Below, one piece after another: positions 1-13,197 of a stretch of 64,000 nt of DNA. Both the position numbers and the translations under genes were made by a program. How positions within the stretch are numbered: position 1 is the stretch's first letter; each line of letters begins with the position of its first letter. The stretch is from Gemmatimonas sp. (lineage in GTDB: Bacteria; Gemmatimonadota; Gemmatimonadetes; Gemmatimonadales; Gemmatimonadaceae). The stretch is taken from NCBI GenBank assembly GCA_965279375.1, contig OZ257156.1:3328001-3392000 (forward strand), given 5' to 3'. Below the pieces are notes generated by a model. That model ran no database searches. It saw only the letters and a list, made by a program, of their open reading frames with translations, and was not told the DNA's origin.

Positions 1-13
1 ACGCCAACTGGAC

Positions 14-55
14 AAACGACAACGCGGGCCCGCCGGCAAGTGCAGCGGACCCGCG
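14..55 (-). terminator. Probable intrinsic terminator after tRNA-Ser(GCT)
   Basis: Inverted repeat cgcgggcccgc (23-33) / gcggacccgcg (45-55), followed on the minus strand by TTGTCGTTT. Confidence 0.55.
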
Positions 56-58
56 GAG

Positions 59-148
59 CGGAGGAAGCGGGATTCGAACCCGCGATAGGGGTTGACCCCC
101 TATGCCGGTTTAGCAAACCGGTGCCTTCAGCCTCTCGGCCATCCCTCC
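59..148 (-). tRNA. tRNA-Ser(GCT)
   Basis: Reverse complement GGAGGGATGGCCGAGAGGCTGAAGGCACCGGTTTGCTAAACCGG...GGTTCGAATCCCGCTTCCTCCG; anticodon GCT, long variable arm, G73. Confidence 0.96.
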
Positions 149-285
149 TCTGACGTTGCCACAGATCGTGGCGCGGACAGGAAGGGAATCTGACCCGGTG
201 GCAGGCGTGGGTCAACCACAAAATCGGAAGCTGATCGGCGATTCACGCCGCGGCCCCATGTGCGCGAATGGACTGGCAGAACCAA

Positions 286-372
286 CGGCGTAGGTGAGAT
301 TCGAACTCACGGAACCCTTTCAGGTTCGGCGGTTTTCAAGACCGCTGCCTTAAACCACTCGGCCACCACGCC
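286..372 (-). tRNA. tRNA-Ser(TGA)
   Basis: Reverse complement GGCGTGGTGGCCGAGTGGTTTAAGGCAGCGGTCTTGAAAACCGC...GTTCGAATCTCACCTACGCCG; anticodon TGA, long variable arm. Confidence 0.96.
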
Positions 373-431
373 AGCGCATGGATCATATCACGGGGCACCG
401 CTCTCTCACAATTGCGCGGAGAGCACTCGCC

Positions 432-1490
432 GTGCTGTCCATTCGAACGACCGGTGCGATGCTGTGCGCGGCGTTCGGCGCTGGCGGCACGTTGCACGCG
501 CAGGGTGCGAGTGCGTCGCCGCGCGTGACGTCGCAGCCCACCGGCACCACGGCTTCGCTGTTCGGCATCTTCCCCGTGTCCGAGCAGGTCGTGTGGGCGA
601 GCGGCAGCAAGGGGGTGGTGCTGCATACTCGCGATGGCGGCACCACATGGGAACGGAAGGCGATGCCCGGTGGCGATTCGCTGCAATTCCGCGACATTCA
701 CGCACGAGGCGCCGACACCGCGTGGGCGCTCTCGATCGGCAACGGCGCCGCGTCGCGCATCTACTTCACCGCCGACGGTGGCAGCACGTGGCGCGAGCAG
801 TTCCGCAATGCGGATAGCGCGGCCTTCTACGATTGCATCACGATGCTCGACGCCAAGGTGGGGATCGTGTTCGGCGACGCGGCGCATGGACAGACGCAGA
901 TTCTGCGCACGACCGATGGCGGCAGCCACTGGGCGCTGTTGCCCGCGACCCAGGTGCCGACGCCGCTCGAGGGCGAAGGGGCGTATGCGGCGAGTGGCCG
1001 CTGCGTCGTAAGCGCAGGCCCCAAGCACGTCTTCATTGCCACCGGCGGACCGGGCTCGCGCCTGTTCACCAGCGATGACGCTGGCGTGCATTGGACCGTG
1101 CGCGCGACACCGTTCGTGCACACCAAGTCGGCGGGCACGAGTGGGCTCGACTTCCGCGATCCCAACAACGGCATCGGCGTGGCCGGCGACATGACCAACT
1201 TGCGCAGCGACACGGCGAGTGCGGTGGTGGCGGTGACGACCAATGGCGGCAAGTCATGGGAGCTTCGCACGCGACCGCCGCTTGCGGGATCGCTCACGGG
1301 CGCGGTGTGGGTGACGGGCGCCGGTAAGGAGACAGCCATTGCCTTGGGCTTTGGCGGCGCGTTCAGCACGCGCGATGGCGGCCGCACGTGGACGGTGTTG
1401 AGCGACAAGGGACACACCGGCATCGGCAGCTTCGGCAAGACGGCGTGGCTCGGCGGCACCAACGGAACCATTCTTCGGGTGGACTACTGA
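432..1490 (+). CDS. Exported BNR/Asp-box beta-propeller protein (Ycf48/YVTN-like)
   Basis: Six Asp-box motifs (TRDGGTTW, TADGGSTW, TTDGGSHW, SDDAGVHW, TTNGGKSW, TRDGGRTW) and a signal peptide. The ORF opens at 378, but that ATG overlaps the tRNA -10 box; GTG 432 has GGAG upstream (start uncertain). Confidence 0.8.
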   Translation: MLSIRTTGAMLCAAFGAGGTLHAQGASASPRVTSQPTGTTASLFGIFPVSEQVVWASGSKGVVLHTRDGGTTWERKAMPGGDSLQFRDIHARGADTAWALSIGNGAASRIYFTADGGSTWREQFRNADSAAFYDCITMLDAKVGIVFGDAAHGQTQILRTTDGGSHWALLPATQVPTPLEGEGAYAASGRCVVSAGPKHVFIATGGPGSRLFTSDDAGVHWTVRATPFVHTKSAGTSGLDFRDPNNGIGVAGDMTNLRSDTASAVVAVTTNGGKSWELRTRPPLAGSLTGAVWVTGAGKETAIALGFGGAFSTRDGGRTWTVLSDKGHTGIGSFGKTAWLGGTNGTILRVDY

Positions 1491-2386
1491 TGCACCAACT
1501 GCTTCAGACGCTCTGGACTGCACTCGCGCGCAGCACGCGCGGACGGCTCCTGCGACAAGCCGTCGCCGTGCTGGCACTGCTCGTGGCGATTCCGCGCGTA
1601 GCACACGCCACCTGGTCGGTGATTGCGATCGATATGGCGACCGGACGCGTGGTGATTGCGTCGGCCACCTGCGTGAACAACAACGACATGTTTCTGATGG
1701 GCATCCAAGCGGTGGTGGTGCCGGGAAAGGGAGTGGCCGCGTGTCAGGCCGGTGTCGACGGCACGCATGCCAACCAGATGCTGGTGTACAGTGAATTGCA
1801 GAAGGGCACCGACCCGGCGCGCATCATCGAGCTGCTCTCGGCCGACCCCGCGTTCCAGTCGCGACAGTTCGGCATCCTCGATCTCACCGGACGCAGTGCG
1901 GGGCACTCGGGGTTAACCAACGGTTACGTCTCGCAGGACATCCAGGGGCGGGTGCCGGGCACGCAGATCTACTACTCGATCCAGGGCAACATCCTGCGGC
2001 CGGGTGAAGTAATTCCCAACGCGGTGAAGGCGTTCGTGTACACCAAGGGCGCCATCACCGATCGCGTCATGGCCGCGCTCGAAACCGCCGACCAGTATGG
2101 TGGTGACAGTCGCTGCGTCTGCCCGCCGCTCCCAGCCGATGGCAGCAAGCCGGCGAACCCGTGCGAAGGACGTACCGCGTATGTCGCCTACATCCTGATG
2201 GCCAACAAGACCGATACGAACGGTGACTCGCACAACAACGGCAAGTACGCGATGTATCTCACCGTCGCGCAGCCGGAGCAGGGCGGAGCGAACGCCATCA
2301 AGCCGGGGGAAAATCTGAATCCCGTGAAGACGTTGCGCGCCCGCTACGATGCGTGGCGCAAGACGCAGCCGGCGTCGTTCCAATGA
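1490..2386 (+). CDS. DUF1028 family Ntn-hydrolase-like exported protein
   Basis: Signal peptide ending AHA then TWSVIAID; motifs VVPGKGVAACQA, RQFGILD, QGNIL, GGDSRC; TGATG coupling to upstream gene. Confidence 0.8.
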   Translation: MHQLLQTLWTALARSTRGRLLRQAVAVLALLVAIPRVAHATWSVIAIDMATGRVVIASATCVNNNDMFLMGIQAVVVPGKGVAACQAGVDGTHANQMLVYSELQKGTDPARIIELLSADPAFQSRQFGILDLTGRSAGHSGLTNGYVSQDIQGRVPGTQIYYSIQGNILRPGEVIPNAVKAFVYTKGAITDRVMAALETADQYGGDSRCVCPPLPADGSKPANPCEGRTAYVAYILMANKTDTNGDSHNNGKYAMYLTVAQPEQGGANAIKPGENLNPVKTLRARYDAWRKTQPASFQ

Positions 2387-3054
2387 GCGCGCGTCTCGTG
2401 AGTTCATCGCGCGCACTCGCGCACTTCGCGTTGCTGCTGTCGGCGAGCGCAGTGTGCGCACCGATGCTCAGCGCACAGAACCCGCCGCCGGCAGCACCTG
2501 CACCCGCTGCAGCGCCTCCCGCTGGCCGTGGCGGCGGTGCCGCGCGCCCCCGTGCGATTCGCGTGATGTCGCTGACGTCGTCGGCGTTTGCCGATGGCGG
2601 CAGCATCCCCGCGCGTCATGCGCAAACCGGACGCGATGTATCGCCCCCGTTGGCGTGGAGCGGCGTCCCGGATTCCACGCAGAGCCTCGTGCTCATCGTG
2701 CACGACGCCGACGCCGCCATTGGTGATGGCAACGACGACCTGCTGCACTGGATGGTCTGGAACATCCCCGCGTCGCTGACGTCGCTCGCAGAAGGCGTAC
2801 CGCAGGGTGCACAGGCCTCGAACGGCATGCGGCAGATCAGTGGCACGGGGCCCTACTATCGCGGGCCTGCGGCGCCATCCACCGGACCCGCGCATCACTA
2901 CGTGTTCGAGTTGTACGCACTCGATGTTCCGCTCAACGTGGCGGCGGTTGGCATGTCGCCGCCGGCCACGCGTGCCGCCGTCGTTGCCGCGATGGCGTCG
3001 CATATTCGCGGCAAGGCCGTGCTGGTGGGACTCTACAAGCGCCCAGCACCGTAG
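2383..3054 (+). CDS. YbhB/YbcL family Raf kinase inhibitor-like (PEBP) protein
   Basis: LTSSAFADGG.IP, SPPLAWS, HWMVWNIP, YRGPAAP, HHYVFELYALD; ATGA overlap. Confidence 0.9.
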   Translation: MSARLVSSSRALAHFALLLSASAVCAPMLSAQNPPPAAPAPAAAPPAGRGGGAARPRAIRVMSLTSSAFADGGSIPARHAQTGRDVSPPLAWSGVPDSTQSLVLIVHDADAAIGDGNDDLLHWMVWNIPASLTSLAEGVPQGAQASNGMRQISGTGPYYRGPAAPSTGPAHHYVFELYALDVPLNVAAVGMSPPATRAAVVAAMASHIRGKAVLVGLYKRPAP

Positions 3055-3075
3055 CAGGCAGACGAGCGGCACACC

Positions 3076-3118
3076 AAACAACGAAGGGCCGCGATCATCT
3101 CGCGGCCCTTCGTCGTTT
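3076..3118. terminator. Bidirectional intrinsic terminator
   Basis: acgaagggccgcga-tcatc-tcgcggcccttcgt hairpin with A-rich and T-rich flanks, between convergent genes. Confidence 0.8.
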
Positions 3119-3142
3119 CCACCTCAACACTCCGTCCCTGTT

Positions 3143-5506
3143 CTACTTCTTGGGCTCGACGCCCGGCGGTGCGCCACCGGGCTGTCCGGGCGGCACGAGC
3201 AGTTGCTGCACGGAGGTATCGCCGCCGGGCATGGCCGGTGAGGTCTGCCGGTCGAAGCCGAACACCTTCTCGCGACGCATCGCCTTGGCCACGGCACGCG
3301 AGCTCTGGAAGACTGCCTCGGACTCACGCAGACGACCGGTTGCCGCAAGTGCTTCGGCCAGCGTGATGCCGCTGATCACGTACAGGTCGGGAATGCCGAC
3401 CGACGCATCGTCCACCCAGCCGTCGCGCTTGGCGAGCGACTTGTTGGCGGTGAAGACGTCGTTCCAGAGCGCGAGCGAACGCTTCACATCCACCAGCCCT
3501 TCGCCCTGAATCAGCACCGTGTCCTTGCTGGGGAGGAGCTGATGATCGGACAACTTCTTGGCCATGCCCTGCGTGACGATGTAGCGCTCGAGACCGAGCT
3601 CGTACGGATAGCCACCTGCGGTGCGGCTGAAGTAGATCGGACGCTTGGGGAAAGCATCGCGGATCATGAAGTACACCAGCTGGTCGGCGCGCATCAGCTG
3701 CTGCAGGCGCGGCGTGGCGGTGATGCCGCCGCTCTGGAACGCCATGTTCTGCGGGATCGCGATCGCGAGCGGAATCGCGTCCGCTTCCTCGAAGTTCATC
3801 TTGACCGGCGAACCTTCCGGCTTGGGCCACTGCTGATTGCGATAGATCGCGGGCCCCTTGGCCGCGTCGTACTCGAACACCGGGCGACGAATGAGCTGAC
3901 GCGTGTACCAGTCGGTGTTGAGCAACGACGTGTTGGCCACGACGACGTCCTTGCGAATGCCTTCGACTTCCTGCGCATACCACAGCGGGAAGGTGTCGTT
4001 GTCGCCGACGGTGATCAGGATGCCGTACGGTTCGACCGAGTTGAGCAGATCGCGGGCGAAGTCCGTCGTATCGGTCTGGTTGGAGCGCGACGCCTGCGTC
4101 CAGTTGCCGAAGAGCGGGATGAATGCCACGGCGAGCAGCGGCGTGGCCAGCAGGAAGCTGCGCTGGCGCGGTTCGCTGATCGTTTCGCGGCCAAGCTTCA
4201 CTTCATCCGAACCAAACAGGCTGGCAACGGTCTCCCACAAGTACACGAGTCCGAGCGCGGCCCAGACGCTGAGCGCCGAGAAGCTCCACAGGTAGAAGTA
4301 GTCTCGGTCACGCACTTCGCGGTTCACCGAGTCGCCAAGCTCCGGCGACTGCGAATGCCCGTACTTGAAATTGAGGTAGTAGATCAGCCCCAGTGTCATG
4401 GTGAACACCAGCGGCCCGAAGAACCAGAAACTTCGTCTGTCCTTGCGGTAGTGCATCCACCCGCCGATGCCCACCAGGATGAAGAAGAACACCGCGAGTC
4501 CGTTCTGCAGCCCGGGACGCTCGCCGTACGCATCGCGCAGCCACTGCCACTTCCAGTAGAGCCACCACATCCCCATCTGCGCCGTGAGGGGCGCCTGACG
4601 CTCGCCCAGCTCCGGCTTGCCGTACTGACCGCGATTGAAGTTGTACATGAAGCGGTCGTACGTCAGCGCCGAGAAAGTGCAGCTGGCCTTGAGTTCCATG
4701 GCGCAGCCGGTCGGCTCGCCTTCGTTCATGGCGGGGAAGTGCGCCGCGCGAATGGGCTGCGTGGCAAAGGGCGTGATGCCGAACGCGAGCGCTGCAGCGC
4801 ACGCCAGCAACAGCTTCCAGCGCAGCACGGTCCTAGGGCTGCGCACCAGCACTGCAAAGCCCACCGCAGGCGCCGCGAGCATGCCGGCCATGTGGTTCGC
4901 GTAGCCCAATCCCAACAAGTACGCCACGAGCACCAGCAGACGGTCTGCGCCCGGCTCTTCCGGGTCGTCGCACCAGCGCACGGTGAGCCAGCAGACGATA
5001 GCCAGACCGAGTAGCGAGACCGTGTACACCTTCTCGTTCACCACCGACTGATTCCACACCGTGAACGCCGTCGCGCCGATCAATGCCGCCAGCGATCCGC
5101 CGGCGATGCGCTGCCAACGACGCGGCAACCACGACACCAGCACGCGTTCGGTCACGAGGAACCAGAAGGCCGCGGACACCGCGCTCGAAACGGCCGCCAG
5201 CACGTTGATCCGCATCGCTACCGTGGGCGCGATCGGCAGGATCGAGAAGACGCGCCCGATCAGTACGAAAAACGGGTTGCCGGGCGGATGCGGAATGCCC
5301 AGCACGTAGGCCGCGGTGATGTACTCGCTCGTGTCCCACATGGACGTCGTCGGCGCGAGCGTGATGATGTACAACAGGAAGACCACCAGCCCCGCGATGG
5401 TGGCGGCGAGGTACGACGGTCGGTAGTCGAGTTCGGCCACACCAGCTTTGGAGCTGGTCGTGGACCCAACGGCGGCAGTCGCGGATGCGGTGGCGGCGAC
5501 GGTCAT
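3143..5506 (-). CDS. DUF2723 / TMEM260-like GT-C membrane glycosyltransferase
   Basis: TLAPTTSMWDTSEYITAAYVLGIPHPPGNP, NEKVY, REVRDRDYFY, GDNDTFPLWYAQEVEG, SLLNTDWY; many TM segments. Confidence 0.88.
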   Translation of the reverse strand: MTVAATASATAAVGSTTSSKAGVAELDYRPSYLAATIAGLVVFLLYIITLAPTTSMWDTSEYITAAYVLGIPHPPGNPFFVLIGRVFSILPIAPTVAMRINVLAAVSSAVSAAFWFLVTERVLVSWLPRRWQRIAGGSLAALIGATAFTVWNQSVVNEKVYTVSLLGLAIVCWLTVRWCDDPEEPGADRLLVLVAYLLGLGYANHMAGMLAAPAVGFAVLVRSPRTVLRWKLLLACAAALAFGITPFATQPIRAAHFPAMNEGEPTGCAMELKASCTFSALTYDRFMYNFNRGQYGKPELGERQAPLTAQMGMWWLYWKWQWLRDAYGERPGLQNGLAVFFFILVGIGGWMHYRKDRRSFWFFGPLVFTMTLGLIYYLNFKYGHSQSPELGDSVNREVRDRDYFYLWSFSALSVWAALGLVYLWETVASLFGSDEVKLGRETISEPRQRSFLLATPLLAVAFIPLFGNWTQASRSNQTDTTDFARDLLNSVEPYGILITVGDNDTFPLWYAQEVEGIRKDVVVANTSLLNTDWYTRQLIRRPVFEYDAAKGPAIYRNQQWPKPEGSPVKMNFEEADAIPLAIAIPQNMAFQSGGITATPRLQQLMRADQLVYFMIRDAFPKRPIYFSRTAGGYPYELGLERYIVTQGMAKKLSDHQLLPSKDTVLIQGEGLVDVKRSLALWNDVFTANKSLAKRDGWVDDASVGIPDLYVISGITLAEALAATGRLRESEAVFQSSRAVAKAMRREKVFGFDRQTSPAMPGGDTSVQQLLVPPGQPGGAPPGVEPKK

Positions 5507-5618
5507 GAGGCGGACGGAAGGGTTCAACAACGAGTGCTCCCAGTACAGCTCCCAAAGTTGGCGGAGGGGGGCCACCCAGACAACTCGGCCGCCCCGCTTT
5601 TCGCCACATTGACGCGGG

Positions 5619-8267
<2,649 letters not shown>

Positions 8268-8274
8268 GGCGAGC

Positions 8275-8832
8275 TCAGTCGGCTGTCAGCGCGCGCTGCA
8301 GGAATGCGCGCGCGATGACCCAGTCTCGTTTGACGGTCCGTTCGGACACGCCGAGCACCTGGGCCGTCTGTTCGACGGACAGACCGCCGAAGTAGCGGAG
8401 CTCGACGACCTTGGCTTGGCGCGCATCGAGTGCCGCGAGTTGCTCGAGTGCGGCGTCCACCTCGAGCAGCTGCTCCGATTCCTGTGCCGCGGCGTCCATG
8501 CCATCGCGCAGTCGCACGACGTTGTCACCACCGCGCTTTTCGGCGCGACCACGACGCGCATGGTCCACGAGAATACGCCGCATCACCGTGGCCGCGATGG
8601 CGTAGAAGTGCCCGCGGTTCTCGAAGGTCGCATCGCGCTGATCGATCAGCCGCAGGTAGGCTTCGTGCACCAGCGCTGTGGGCTGCAGCGTGTGGCCCTC
8701 CGCTTCGTGCTGCAGCGAACGCGCGGCCATGCGGCGCAGCTCGTCGTAGACCAGCGGCAGCACCGCGTCGTACGCGCCGGGCTGTCCGAGCTGGACGCGC
8801 TGCAGCAGCGCGGTGATGGAGGAGGCGGGCAC
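8275..8832 (-). CDS. ECF RNA polymerase sigma factor (TIGR02999-like, kinase-associated)
   Basis: LPLVYDELRRMA, HTLQPTALVHEAYLRL, RRILVDHAR, VVELRYFGGLS, SERTVKRDW; GTG start inferred. Confidence 0.9.
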   Translation of the reverse strand: MPASSITALLQRVQLGQPGAYDAVLPLVYDELRRMAARSLQHEAEGHTLQPTALVHEAYLRLIDQRDATFENRGHFYAIAATVMRRILVDHARRGRAEKRGGDNVVRLRDGMDAAAQESEQLLEVDAALEQLAALDARQAKVVELRYFGGLSVEQTAQVLGVSERTVKRDWVIARAFLQRALTAD

Positions 8833-8957
8833 CTGGCAACGATCCGGATGGGGTCGCCGGAGCGTACGCGTTGGGCGGGGGCGGAGCAAGAAGGCCTGCA
8901 TGCTTACTCCGCGTGATCCCCGCCCAAACCGGGCCATCCGAACGACGAACGTGCCGA

Positions 8958-10490
8958 CTAGTGCCGGAAGAGGCGCTCGCCCGTAAAGATCATCGCGATG
9001 CCATGTTCGTCGGCCGCGGCGATCACTTCCGCGTCACGCACCGAGCCACCGGGCTGCACGATCGCCGTCACGCCTGCTGCGGCCGCTTGATCGATGCCGT
9101 CACGGAACGGGAAGAAGGCGTCGGAGCCAAGCGCGGAACCGGCGGTCGCGTGTCCGGCGCTCTGCGCCTTGTGGGCCGCCAGGAACGACGAGTCCACGCG
9201 CGACATCTGCCCTGCGCCGATGCCGATGGTCGCGCCGTCGCGCACGAGCACGATGGCGTTGGACTTCACGCTCGCGACCGAGCGCCACGCGAAGGCGAGA
9301 TCGCGCTGCTCCTGCTCGGTGGGCTGGCGCTTGGTGACGGTTTCCCAGCGCGCCGGATCGGTCGCGGTGGGCGCACGATCCTGCACCAGCAGCCCGCCAC
9401 GCACCCGTTTGAAGTCCATGCCGCCGGCGGGCCACTGCGCGCTGCCGGCCAGCACGCGCAGGTTCTTCTTCTTGCCGAGAATGTCCACCGCTTCGTCGGC
9501 GAAGGAGGGCGCCACGATGCACTCGACAAACAGGCTGGAGATCGCTTCGGCGGTGGCCGCATCCACCGGCACCGAGAACGCGATCACGGAGCCGAACGCC
9601 GACACTGGATCGCAGGCGAGCGCCTTCTGGTAGGCGTTGAGCGCATCCGTGCCTGTGGCGAGGCCGCACGGCGTGGTGTGCTTGATGATCGCACAGGCCG
9701 GCTGCGCACCGAACGGCTCGATGGCGAGCATGGCGCCTTCGAGATCGAGGAAGTTGTTGAACGAGAGCTCCTTGCCGCCCAGCTGCTTGAGCGCGCCCAG
9801 TCCCGTTCCCGTCTTCTCCACGTAGAACGCGGCGCGCTGCTGCGGGTTTTCGCCGTAACGGAGCGACTGCTGCTTCTCGAAGGTGAGCGGATAGCGATCG
9901 GGGAAGGGCTCGTTGCGCTGCGCGGCAAACCACTGCGCGATGGCGGCGTCGTAGCCGCTGGTGTGCGCATAAACCTTCTCGGCCAACAGGCGACGCATCG
10001 ACTGGTCGTCGCTGCCCGCAGCGATGATCTCGAGCACCGGCGCATAGTCGGCCGGGTCCACGATGACCCACACCGCCGCGAAGTTCTTTGCCGCTGAGCG
10101 CAGCATGGACGGGCCGCCGATATCGATGTTCTCGATGACTTCTTCCGGGTGCACGCCTGGCTTGGCCGCCGTCTCGCGGAACGGGTACAGGTTCACGACG
10201 ACGAGGTCGATCGTGCCGATGTTGTGCGCCTTGATCGCGTCCATGTGTTCCGGCAGATCGCGTCGGGCGAGCAGGCCGCCGTGCACCACCGGGTGCAACG
10301 TCTTCACGCGGCCGTCGAGCATCTCCGGGAATCCGGTGATGTCGCTGACGTCGAGCACCGTGAGCCCGCTCTCACGCAACGTGCGTGCGGTGCCGCCCGT
10401 GGACACGAGTTCAAAGCCGAGCTGCGCGAGACGTGTGGCGAAAGGAACCAGTCCGCTCTTGTCGGACACGGAAAGCAGGGCGCGAGGCAT
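8958..10490 (-). CDS. purH: Bifunctional AICAR transformylase / IMP cyclohydrolase
   Basis: [56 protein letters not shown]. Confidence 0.98.
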   Translation of the reverse strand: MPRALLSVSDKSGLVPFATRLAQLGFELVSTGGTARTLRESGLTVLDVSDITGFPEMLDGRVKTLHPVVHGGLLARRDLPEHMDAIKAHNIGTIDLVVVNLYPFRETAAKPGVHPEEVIENIDIGGPSMLRSAAKNFAAVWVIVDPADYAPVLEIIAAGSDDQSMRRLLAEKVYAHTSGYDAAIAQWFAAQRNEPFPDRYPLTFEKQQSLRYGENPQQRAAFYVEKTGTGLGALKQLGGKELSFNNFLDLEGAMLAIEPFGAQPACAIIKHTTPCGLATGTDALNAYQKALACDPVSAFGSVIAFSVPVDAATAEAISSLFVECIVAPSFADEAVDILGKKKNLRVLAGSAQWPAGGMDFKRVRGGLLVQDRAPTATDPARWETVTKRQPTEQEQRDLAFAWRSVASVKSNAIVLVRDGATIGIGAGQMSRVDSSFLAAHKAQSAGHATAGSALGSDAFFPFRDGIDQAAAAGVTAIVQPGGSVRDAEVIAAADEHGIAMIFTGERLFRH

Positions 10491-10505
10491 TGCGATGAGG
10501 GGCGA

Positions 10506-11273
10506 TCAGCGAGGAAAGAGACGTGCGACGTCGGAAGCGATCGTCGCCGGGTCGGACAAACTTGGCGCTTCGGGCCGTGGATCGGCCGTCAGGGAAAAGC
10601 GCAGCTCGGGGAAATCGGGCGGAAACGAGATGCCGAATTCGCCGTGCGTGCGGCCATCGTCACCAAGCTCGACGCCGCCGCAGGCTATTGCCGCGACGCA
10701 GAGCGGATAGAGCCGATGCTCCACGCGCAGCACGCGCGCCGCGAGCACCGAGGGCGTGTCGCCGGGGAGCACGGGTACCGGCCACTGCGCCACGATCGCG
10801 CCGCGGTCGAACTCTTCATCCACGAAGTGCACCGTCACGCCCGAGAGCGTAGCGCCCGACTCGAGCACGGCGGCGTGCACGCGCTGGCCGTACATGCCGG
10901 CGCCACCAAACGCCGGCAGCAATGACGGATGCACGTTGAGCATGCGACCGTGGAAGGCACGCACCACGGGAGCGGGTACGAGCTTGAGGTAGCCGGCCAG
11001 GACCAGCAGATCCACGCGCGCGACGGTCAGCGCATCGAGAATGGCGTCTGCGTCAGCCGGGTCTTCGATGACGGCCGTGGGGATCCCGGCGGCGCGCGCA
11101 CGCTCCAACGCGCCGGCATCCGCAGCGTTGGAGGCCACCCATACGATCTCGCCCGCCTGCGACGCACTCGACGCGAAGTGATCGATGAGCGCCTGCAGGT
11201 TGGTGCCACCGCCGGAGACGAGCACGCCGATGCGTGAGACACCAACGCGTGCGACTGTTGCGGAGCCGTTCAT
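10506..11273 (-). CDS. purN: Phosphoribosylglycinamide formyltransferase
   Basis: VLVSGGGTNLQALID, LAGYLK, NVHPSLLP, GVTVHFVDEEFDRG, EHRLY. Confidence 0.96.
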   Translation of the reverse strand: MNGSATVARVGVSRIGVLVSGGGTNLQALIDHFASSASQAGEIVWVASNAADAGALERARAAGIPTAVIEDPADADAILDALTVARVDLLVLAGYLKLVPAPVVRAFHGRMLNVHPSLLPAFGGAGMYGQRVHAAVLESGATLSGVTVHFVDEEFDRGAIVAQWPVPVLPGDTPSVLAARVLRVEHRLYPLCVAAIACGGVELGDDGRTHGEFGISFPPDFPELRFSLTADPRPEAPSLSDPATIASDVARLFPR

Positions 11274-11851
11274 GTGCGTTCCACGAAAAAGGCAGCGATG
11301 TCGTCCAACGCGATGGTGACGGCGTCGAGCACCGACTCGGCAATGCGTATGCGCGGCGAGAGCTGTTCGCGCGTGGCCTCCAGATCGGCCTCAGGCGTTT
11401 CCGCGCCGGGCACCAGCACGCCCAAGCCACCGGTGCTCAGGGCAGGCTGCACGTCACGCCAGCGATCGCCGATGTACGCGGAGCGGGCGAGATCGATGTC
11501 GAATCGTGCGGCGGCCTGCTGATACATACCCAGCTTGGGTTTGCGACAGTCGCAGTCGCCGCCGTGCTCCGCGTGATGCGGACAATGATACGTCGCGTCC
11601 ACCTGCGCTCCGTCGCGCGCGAGCAGCGCGTTGGTGCGGTCGCGCACCGCCTCGTACTGCGCGGTGGTGATCATGCCGCGCGCAATGCCCGACTGATTCG
11701 TCACGACGATCGCGAGCACGCCGGCGGCGTTGACGCGCGACACGGCCGCTGCCGCGCCGCGCAGCAGGCGCACCTGCGCAGGATCAGCGAGGTAGTGCGC
11801 GTCCGCGATGAGCGTGCCATCGCGATCGAGGAAGATGGCCGGACGCGTCAC
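11270..11851 (-). CDS. gmhB: HAD-IIIA phosphatase (D,D-heptose 1,7-bisphosphate phosphatase-like)
   Basis: FLDRDGTL, VTNQSGIARG, CPHH...CDCRKP, IGDRWRD. Confidence 0.8.
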   Translation of the reverse strand: MTRPAIFLDRDGTLIADAHYLADPAQVRLLRGAAAAVSRVNAAGVLAIVVTNQSGIARGMITTAQYEAVRDRTNALLARDGAQVDATYHCPHHAEHGGDCDCRKPKLGMYQQAAARFDIDLARSAYIGDRWRDVQPALSTGGLGVLVPGAETPEADLEATREQLSPRIRIAESVLDAVTIALDDIAAFFVERT

Positions 11852-13197
11852 GCGGGCGGCTTGCGGGGCGCCGCCGTCGCGCTGTCCTTCTTCACGGTCG
11901 TGCTGTCCTTCTTCACCGGCGCCTTGGGCGTCGTGAGCGTGCGCGCAGGCGAGCGCACGGTGCCCGAGAGGCTCCGAATGGACTGCACCTGCACACGAAA
12001 GATGGACGCGGCAGGCAACGGCTCGGCGAGCGTCACGTACAACTCCGCGTACACCGGATCGCGACGCATCTTGGGCGGCGGTGTGGTGTCGCGCGGCGGC
12101 AACGGCTTGTTGCCGCGGAGAATCGCGAGGCGCCGAGCTTCACGGTCTGCGCGCTCCACCAGAACGAGGCTGTCGAGGCGACGCTTGCGGGCCACCGAGT
12201 CGGCGCGCGCGCGGGCGGCCGCGCTGGTGTCCACCTTCACCGTTTTCGCAATGGAGTCGGCCGTCGCTTTTCGCGCCAGCGAGTCGTAGAGCATTCGGAT
12301 CGGAACGGTTTCGATCTTGACCACACGCAACTCGGTGGAGTCGGACTTCTTGATCGTCACACGGCTCCGGTCGAACACCTGCTCGGGCGAGTACGGCTTG
12401 TCCAACGTCAGCTTGATCACGCGGCCGCTGTCCTGCACGGCCATTTCCGAGATCCGGATCCCGACGGTGTCGTGCGGGAACGTGTACAACTCGGCGTTCG
12501 CGCTCGCCGTGATGGTGCGGCGCGTCGTGTCCCATGATTCGGACGGATCGAGCTCGCGATTGGAATTGCGGTCGCCGTACGCGCGGATGGTGTAATCGCC
12601 CGGCGGCATGTAGCGCAGGTCGTATCGGCCCACGCTGTCGGTCAGCACCTGATAGACGGTGCTGTCGTATCCGATCGCTTCGACCAGCGCCTTGGGCGAC
12701 GGCTTGCCCGCCACCCAGTCGAACACCACGCCGGTGATGCTGGTCTTCGGGATCTCGCCGCCGGTGCTGAACACGAGTCGGATCGTGCTGTCGATGCCGT
12801 TATTCCGCAGATCCGAGATGCCGGGGCTCACCGTGATCGAATAGACGGTGTTCGGCTTCCATCCCTTCTTCGGACTGATGGAGATCTTCGTGCGTCCCCA
12901 GTCCACGCTTGGCTTGCCCGCCTTCGGACTGATGAAGACGAGCTGGTCGAGCGTGGGTGCCCCGCGCGGGGTTTCGCTGATGACTTCATTGAACTGAATG
13001 ACGACGGACTTGGGCTTCGCGCCAACCGCGCCGTTGCCGGGCGAGATCTTGGTGACCCAGGGCGCGTCGAGGTCGGGTGGACCGCCTTCCGGCGCAGTCA
13101 CGTTGGCGCACGCGGCCGCGATGCTGGCGGTGATCGTGGCCGCCAGCACCCACAGCCCAACCGCGCGTACCCGCCGCGACCGAGATCCGTCGCTCAT
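11848..13197 (-). CDS. Lipoprotein with Ig-like (Big_5) and carboxypeptidase-regulatory-like domains
   Basis: Lipobox AAAC followed by ANVTAPEGGPPD; beta-rich domains; ATGA overlap with valS. Confidence 0.75.
   Translation of the reverse strand: MSDGSRSRRVRAVGLWVLAATITASIAAACANVTAPEGGPPDLDAPWVTKISPGNGAVGAKPKSVVIQFNEVISETPRGAPTLDQLVFISPKAGKPSVDWGRTKISISPKKGWKPNTVYSITVSPGISDLRNNGIDSTIRLVFSTGGEIPKTSITGVVFDWVAGKPSPKALVEAIGYDSTVYQVLTDSVGRYDLRYMPPGDYTIRAYGDRNSNRELDPSESWDTTRRTITASANAELYTFPHDTVGIRISEMAVQDSGRVIKLTLDKPYSPEQVFDRSRVTIKKSDSTELRVVKIETVPIRMLYDSLARKATADSIAKTVKVDTSAAARARADSVARKRRLDSLVLVERADREARRLAILRGNKPLPPRDTTPPPKMRRDPVYAELYVTLAEPLPAASIFRVQVQSIRSLSGTVRSPARTLTTPKAPVKKDSTTVKKDSATAAPRKPPA

Noticed and set aside
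286..372. Selenocysteine or suppressor tRNA
   Set aside because: The anticodon is TGA (reads UCA, Ser), not TCA, and the acceptor stem is a standard 7 bp.
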